Below, in pieces: positions 60,322 to 64,000 of a DNA stretch of 64,000 nt. A program made the position numbers and the translations under genes. Position 1 is the stretch's first letter. Each line of letters starts with the position of its first letter. This DNA is from Phycisphaerae bacterium (GTDB taxonomy: Bacteria; Planctomycetota; Phycisphaerae; Sedimentisphaerales; Anaerobacaceae): assembly GCA_041862635.1 (NCBI GenBank), contig JBGVTO010000195.1, positions 1,523-65,522 on the forward strand, read 5' to 3'. The notes below the pieces were generated by a model that worked only from the letters and a program-made list of their open reading frames with translations, was not told the origin of the DNA and searched no databases.

Positions 60322-62028
60322 TTAGGGCTTCACGACCCGGTTGTAGATGCGAATGTCATCAATCAGGCCGGACCAGAAGGACCCCGGTTCCATAGCCGTG
60401 CCGGTACCCAAATATAGACCGCCATCCGAACTTTCCAACATAGAGAAGGATTCTGTATCTTTTGCAACCTCTGCTCCATCAACGTATAGGTACCTGTACG
60501 AACCGTCCCATATAAAGCCGATACGGTGCCAGTTGCCATCGGTGATTACAGTTTCCGACACTATTGGGATGCCGCCGCCCCGGCCAAGAGTCATTAATTC
60601 AGTCATCAATTTGCCTTCTGATAAATCAGTACAAAGCCAGCTTCTCCCGGTTCCAGCAACATTAGTTTGGGATATTATAACTTGCCCTGGAGCACCTCCT
60701 TTAACCCAGACATATACACTGAACTCTCTGTCGGCTGGATTCAAGACGAAGGGCGTGCTAAGACAATCATCGATCCCATCGAACGCCAGCGCTCCTCCTA
60801 CCTGACCGCCCTCAGGCTGCCAGGCCGGGCCACCATATACAGTACCATCATTATCGTTAGCGATGTCAGATGCTATATCTCCATCTGTCTCGTCCAGTGC
60901 CCAGTGTGCGACAAGTGTAGGATCGTTCAGTTCCTCAAACAGATGTTCAGCCAGGACGATCAGGTCCTGGACATCTACAATGCCGTCTCCGAAAGGCGTC
61001 GGGCCAATGTCACACAATGGCTCGTCGGTGCCCCAATAATCAACCATGATGCACATGTCGGCACTGTCAACAATTCCGTCGCCGTTGAGGTCAACGACTG
61101 GGCTGATTGACACCTGCCATACGTTCCAAGAACCGTACCCACTGGGCCGGTTGGAGCCGAAGTAGAGCGTCAGGCCATCAGCAGAGATTTTCGGGATAGG
61201 CTTAGTCTCATTACGCGAACTGTTGACAATCGGCCCAAGGTTCACCGGCGTACCCCAGGGGTCTGAAACGGTTGCCCGCATCGTAACCCATAGGTCGGCA
61301 CCGCCGTACCCGCCGGGCCGGGGGTTCTGCAAAGTGTCGCTAAAGTAAAGCAAAAGCCCATCAGAAGAAATTCCTGGGGCACCATCGTTATATAAACTAT
61401 TGACAGGGGTTCCAAGATTCACCGGCGTACTCCAGTCGTCATCTGTCGTTGCCCGCGTTGTTACCCATAGGTCGGTACCACCGTACCCTCCGGACCTCTT
61501 GGAAGCAAAGTAGAGTGACAGGTCATTGGCCGAGATGCTCAGCGACCAGTCGTCAGCCGAACTGTTGACAGTCGGCCCGAGATTCACCGGCGTGCCCCAC
61601 TCGTCGTCTTTCGTTGCCCGCGTCGTGACCCATATGTCGTAACCACCTGACCCACCGGGCCGAACTACCCCAAGTCCGTAGTCGCTAAAGTAGAGCGTCA
61701 GGCCATCGGCCGAGATGCTCTGCGCACCTTCACCTGCCGAACTGTTGACAGTTGGCCCGAGATTCACCGGGGTGCCCCAGGGGTCATCTGTCGTTGCCCG
61801 CGTCGTTACCCATATATCGTAATCACCATACCCGCCGGGCCGGTTGGATGTAAAGTAGAGCTCCAACCCATCGGCCGAGATGCTCGGCGCGAACTGCTGA
61901 GCCGAACTGTTGACATTCGGCACCGGAATGGGAGTGCCGAAGGTGAAATCTGCCTTCGCAACTTCCGCAGCCAGGCCCAATGTCAAAACCAATACGATTG
62001 AAATTAGTTTTTTCATTCTTGTTTTCAT
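60322..62028 (-). CDS. secreted TolB-like (PD40) beta-propeller repeats + dockerin-like module + C-terminal LamG domain
   Basis: Signal peptide. Five repeats of P.NLG..VNS......P.IS.DGL.LYF.S.R.GGYG..D(I/L)WV..R. DLNGDGIVDSADM... and GDGIVDVQDL. LamG block LVAHWALDE...NDGTVYG. Confidence 0.8.
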   Translation of the reverse strand: MKTRMKKLISIVLVLTLGLAAEVAKADFTFGTPIPVPNVNSSAQQFAPSISADGLELYFTSNRPGGYGDYDIWVTTRATTDDPWGTPVNLGPTVNSSAGEGAQSISADGLTLYFSDYGLGVVRPGGSGGYDIWVTTRATKDDEWGTPVNLGPTVNSSADDWSLSISANDLSLYFASKRSGGYGGTDLWVTTRATTDDDWSTPVNLGTPVNSLYNDGAPGISSDGLLLYFSDTLQNPRPGGYGGADLWVTMRATVSDPWGTPVNLGPIVNSSRNETKPIPKISADGLTLYFGSNRPSGYGSWNVWQVSISPVVDLNGDGIVDSADMCIMVDYWGTDEPLCDIGPTPFGDGIVDVQDLIVLAEHLFEELNDPTLVAHWALDETDGDIASDIANDNDGTVYGGPAWQPEGGQVGGALAFDGIDDCLSTPFVLNPADREFSVYVWVKGGAPGQVIISQTNVAGTGRSWLCTDLSEGKLMTELMTLGRGGGIPIVSETVITDGNWHRIGFIWDGSYRYLYVDGAEVAKDTESFSMLESSDGGLYLGTGTAMEPGSFWSGLIDDIRIYNRVVKP

Positions 62029-62255
62029 CGAAATTTTCTCCTATTTGGTTAGAATCTTTACAAAAGTTACCTTTGAAAAACACATATACACCTATTACAC
62101 AACTGCCAGATATATTGCTGACAAGCCCTGGCAAACCTTGTCATTTAACTCATTTGCATCACCTCCTTTGGCAAAGAACATTATTTTTTCCGATTTTCGG
62201 ACATGTCCGCTCTATTCTTATAAGCGGAAAAAATAGGAGCAACCGGACAATCTTG

Positions 62256-62284
62256 TTGCAACTTTTTTCCAAAATTGGTAAAAT
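62256..62284 (+). promoter_or_regulatory. promoter TTGCAA-17-TAAAAT upstream of the ECF sigma gene
   Basis: Hexamers at 62256-62261 and 62279-62284, about 38 nt before the proposed TTG start. Confidence 0.5.
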
Positions 62285-62321
62285 TTGTATAAGATACTTG
62301 ACCTGTGGAGGTTACAGGAAA

Positions 62322-62936
62322 TTGAGGCAAACCGTTGAATATAAGACTCGGCATTTAGTTGTGCTGGCCAAAGATGGCGACGAGTCTGCTCTAAACAAAC
62401 TATGGGCGGTCTATGGCCCGCGAGTGCTCTGGTTGGTGCGACTTCGTATGGGCAAGGAGCTTCGTTCCAAGCTGGAATCCATGGATTTGGTCCAGGATGT
62501 CCTTGTCTCTGCCTTAAAGGATTTAGGAAATTTCACATACAAGAACGAGGGAGATTTGGTGCGGTGGTTATCGAGAATAGCTGATAACAGGCTTCGAGAT
62601 AATTTAGACAGATTGCACGCGGATAAACGCGATATTCGGAAAGAAGTTCGACTCAATAACCGTAGACGCATTACTGAGGATAGCTTTGTCCCAGTTGCGG
62701 AGTTCGCCGACACTACAACGCCGAGCGCAATAATGTCCAGAAAAGAAGATTTGGCTAAGCTTGAGAAAGCGATGGATGAATTGAAATCAGAATATAGAGA
62801 AGCAATCATTCTGACTAAAATAGAGGGACTTTCCTACGAGAAGGTAGCAACCAGATTAGATAAGAGTCCCGATGCGGTGAGAATGCTCGCAACGCGTGCA
62901 ATGGTAGCGCTGGCTGCCGCGTTCAGGAGTGTTTAA
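62322..62936 (+). CDS. ECF-type sigma-70 family RNA polymerase sigma factor
   Basis: Region 2 (ALNKLWAVYGPRVLWLVRLRMG...DLVQDV) and region 4 (REAIILTKIEGLSYEKVATRLDKSPDAVRMLATRA). Proposed TTG start at 62322 lies 10 nt after GGAGG. The upstream part of the listed ORF is non-coding. Confidence 0.8.
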   Translation: MRQTVEYKTRHLVVLAKDGDESALNKLWAVYGPRVLWLVRLRMGKELRSKLESMDLVQDVLVSALKDLGNFTYKNEGDLVRWLSRIADNRLRDNLDRLHADKRDIRKEVRLNNRRRITEDSFVPVAEFADTTTPSAIMSRKEDLAKLEKAMDELKSEYREAIILTKIEGLSYEKVATRLDKSPDAVRMLATRAMVALAAAFRSV

Positions 62937-64000
62937 TGGCAGGGCCGGTTAACGACAAACAGGAAAACGTCATTGAAGAAGCTGTTCGCCAATTTGTAGA
63001 TGCACGGTGGCAAGGTAAGGAGCCTGATATCGATGAATTTGCCAAACAATACCCTGGCTTGGATTATCAGATTAGACAGAGAATACAGGATGTGCAAAAA
63101 ATCGATTCCTTGTTCGATTCGATCGTCCACGCCGATGAGAGCGACTTTAAAGAGGCAGCGGCAGGACGAGAGCTCGTTGGCCGGAAAGTGGGGAGCTTTG
63201 AAATAGTCGAAGTGATTGGCCGAGGAGGCATGGGAGTAGTCTATCTGGCTCGTGATACCAAACTTGACCGCTCTGTGGCCATCAAGAGCATCCCTGCTAA
63301 ACTGGCAGGCGACTCGACTACCAGGATGCGTTTCCATCGCGAGGCCAAGCTGCTGGCCTCATTGAATCACCCGAACATCGCCGTGATTTACGATATCATC
63401 GAACAGGACGAAGACCTAAGCTATTTGATTCTTGAATATGTCCCGGGCGAGACATTGGCCCAACGGATTGCTCGCGAACCGTTGAAATTGGAGGAGGCGT
63501 TTTCAATTGGTCAGCAAATCGCCGAGGCAGTCTCAGCGGCGCACGAGAAAGGTGTCATCCATCGGGACCTCAAGCCCGGCAACATCAAGCTCGCACCTGA
63601 CGGCAGAGTCAAGGTGCTGGACTTCGGCCTGGCCAAACCCTCCGTAAGCGAAGGTACGGATATTGAAATCACTTCCACTGAGCCCGGCCATATAATCGGC
63701 ACGCCGGCTTACATGTCTCCGGAACAGGCCCGCGGTAAACCGACAGACCACCGCACCGACATCTGGTCATTTGGATGCATTATGTATCAAATGCTGACCA
63801 GCCATCTTCCATTTGAAGGCGAGACTGCTACAGACACCCTAGCTCGCATCATCGAAAGAGAACCTGATTGGGAGATGCTGCCCCAGGAAACCCCTGCAAA
63901 TATCCGAGTTCTTCTTCGCCGCTGTTTAGAGAAGGACCCGCGCCGGCGGCTTCGGGACATCGGAGATGCGGCCATTGAAGTCAGCGAAACGCTGTCCCTG
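62936..64000 (+). CDS. Ser/Thr protein kinase (3' end beyond window)
   Basis: My own translation from ATG 62936, which overlaps the sigma gene stop (TAATG). Motifs GRGGMGVVYLA, AIK, HRDLKPGNIKL, DFGLAK and GTPAYMSPEQ. Frame is open to the window end. Confidence 0.9.
   Translation, partial: MAGPVNDKQENVIEEAVRQFVDARWQGKEPDIDEFAKQYPGLDYQIRQRIQDVQKIDSLFDSIVHADESDFKEAAAGRELVGRKVGSFEIVEVIGRGGMGVVYLARDTKLDRSVAIKSIPAKLAGDSTTRMRFHREAKLLASLNHPNIAVIYDIIEQDEDLSYLILEYVPGETLAQRIAREPLKLEEAFSIGQQIAEAVSAAHEKGVIHRDLKPGNIKLAPDGRVKVLDFGLAKPSVSEGTDIEITSTEPGHIIGTPAYMSPEQARGKPTDHRTDIWSFGCIMYQMLTSHLPFEGETATDTLARIIEREPDWEMLPQETPANIRVLLRRCLEKDPRRRLRDIGDAAIEVSETLSL

Noticed and set aside
61980-62321. N-terminal 114-codon extension of the sigma-factor ORF, overlapping the start of the divergent PD40 gene.
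   Set aside because: The extension overlaps the opposite-strand gene start and its promoter region. Its peptide is low-complexity. The sigma-70 region 2 homology only begins after 62340. A GGAGG plus TTG at 62322 gives a normal ECF length.

Overview
This is a 64-kb chromosomal window with about 59 protein-coding genes and one tRNA-Pro(GGG). I found no rRNA, CRISPR array, transposase, integrase or phage genes. The gene content points to an anaerobic member of the PVC superphylum (Planctomycetota/Phycisphaerae-like). It has three pseudopilin-like genes with [11 protein letters not shown]-termini, large secreted LamG/PA14/dockerin-like proteins, an ECF sigma factor coupled to a Ser/Thr kinase, Hcp and FeoAB.

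Housekeeping and metabolic genes: zwf (5' end off-window), zupT, arsC, asnA, ugd, manA, ribF, dapF and an NrnA-like DHH phosphoesterase.

Regulated clusters:
- An Rrf2-headed seven-gene operon containing a short-form hcp.
- A DtxR-like repressor followed by feoAB, with an iron-box-like palindrome inside the promoter.
- A Fur-family operon with a His-rich membrane protein.
- A polysaccharide cluster with a NusG paralog and a long leader.
- A GC-rich RND efflux pair that looks horizontally acquired.
- A HepT/MNT toxin-antitoxin pair.

The most unusual signals are in non-coding DNA:
1. A family of palindromic hairpin elements with stem CCCCGTTAGA. One copy sits in frame inside the leader-peptide coding region of a pseudopilin gene.
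2. A second family of GTCATT(G/T)CGAG... palindromic elements (4 full copies plus 2 partial).
3. A decayed copy of a pseudopilin/LamG module that still ends in a 45-nt LamG gene remnant.
4. A conserved upstream motif of about 50 nt in three copies.
5. A promoter-fronted repeat island of about 1 kb built from four tandem-repeat families.

All functional calls come from motif recognition by eye. No database search was run.
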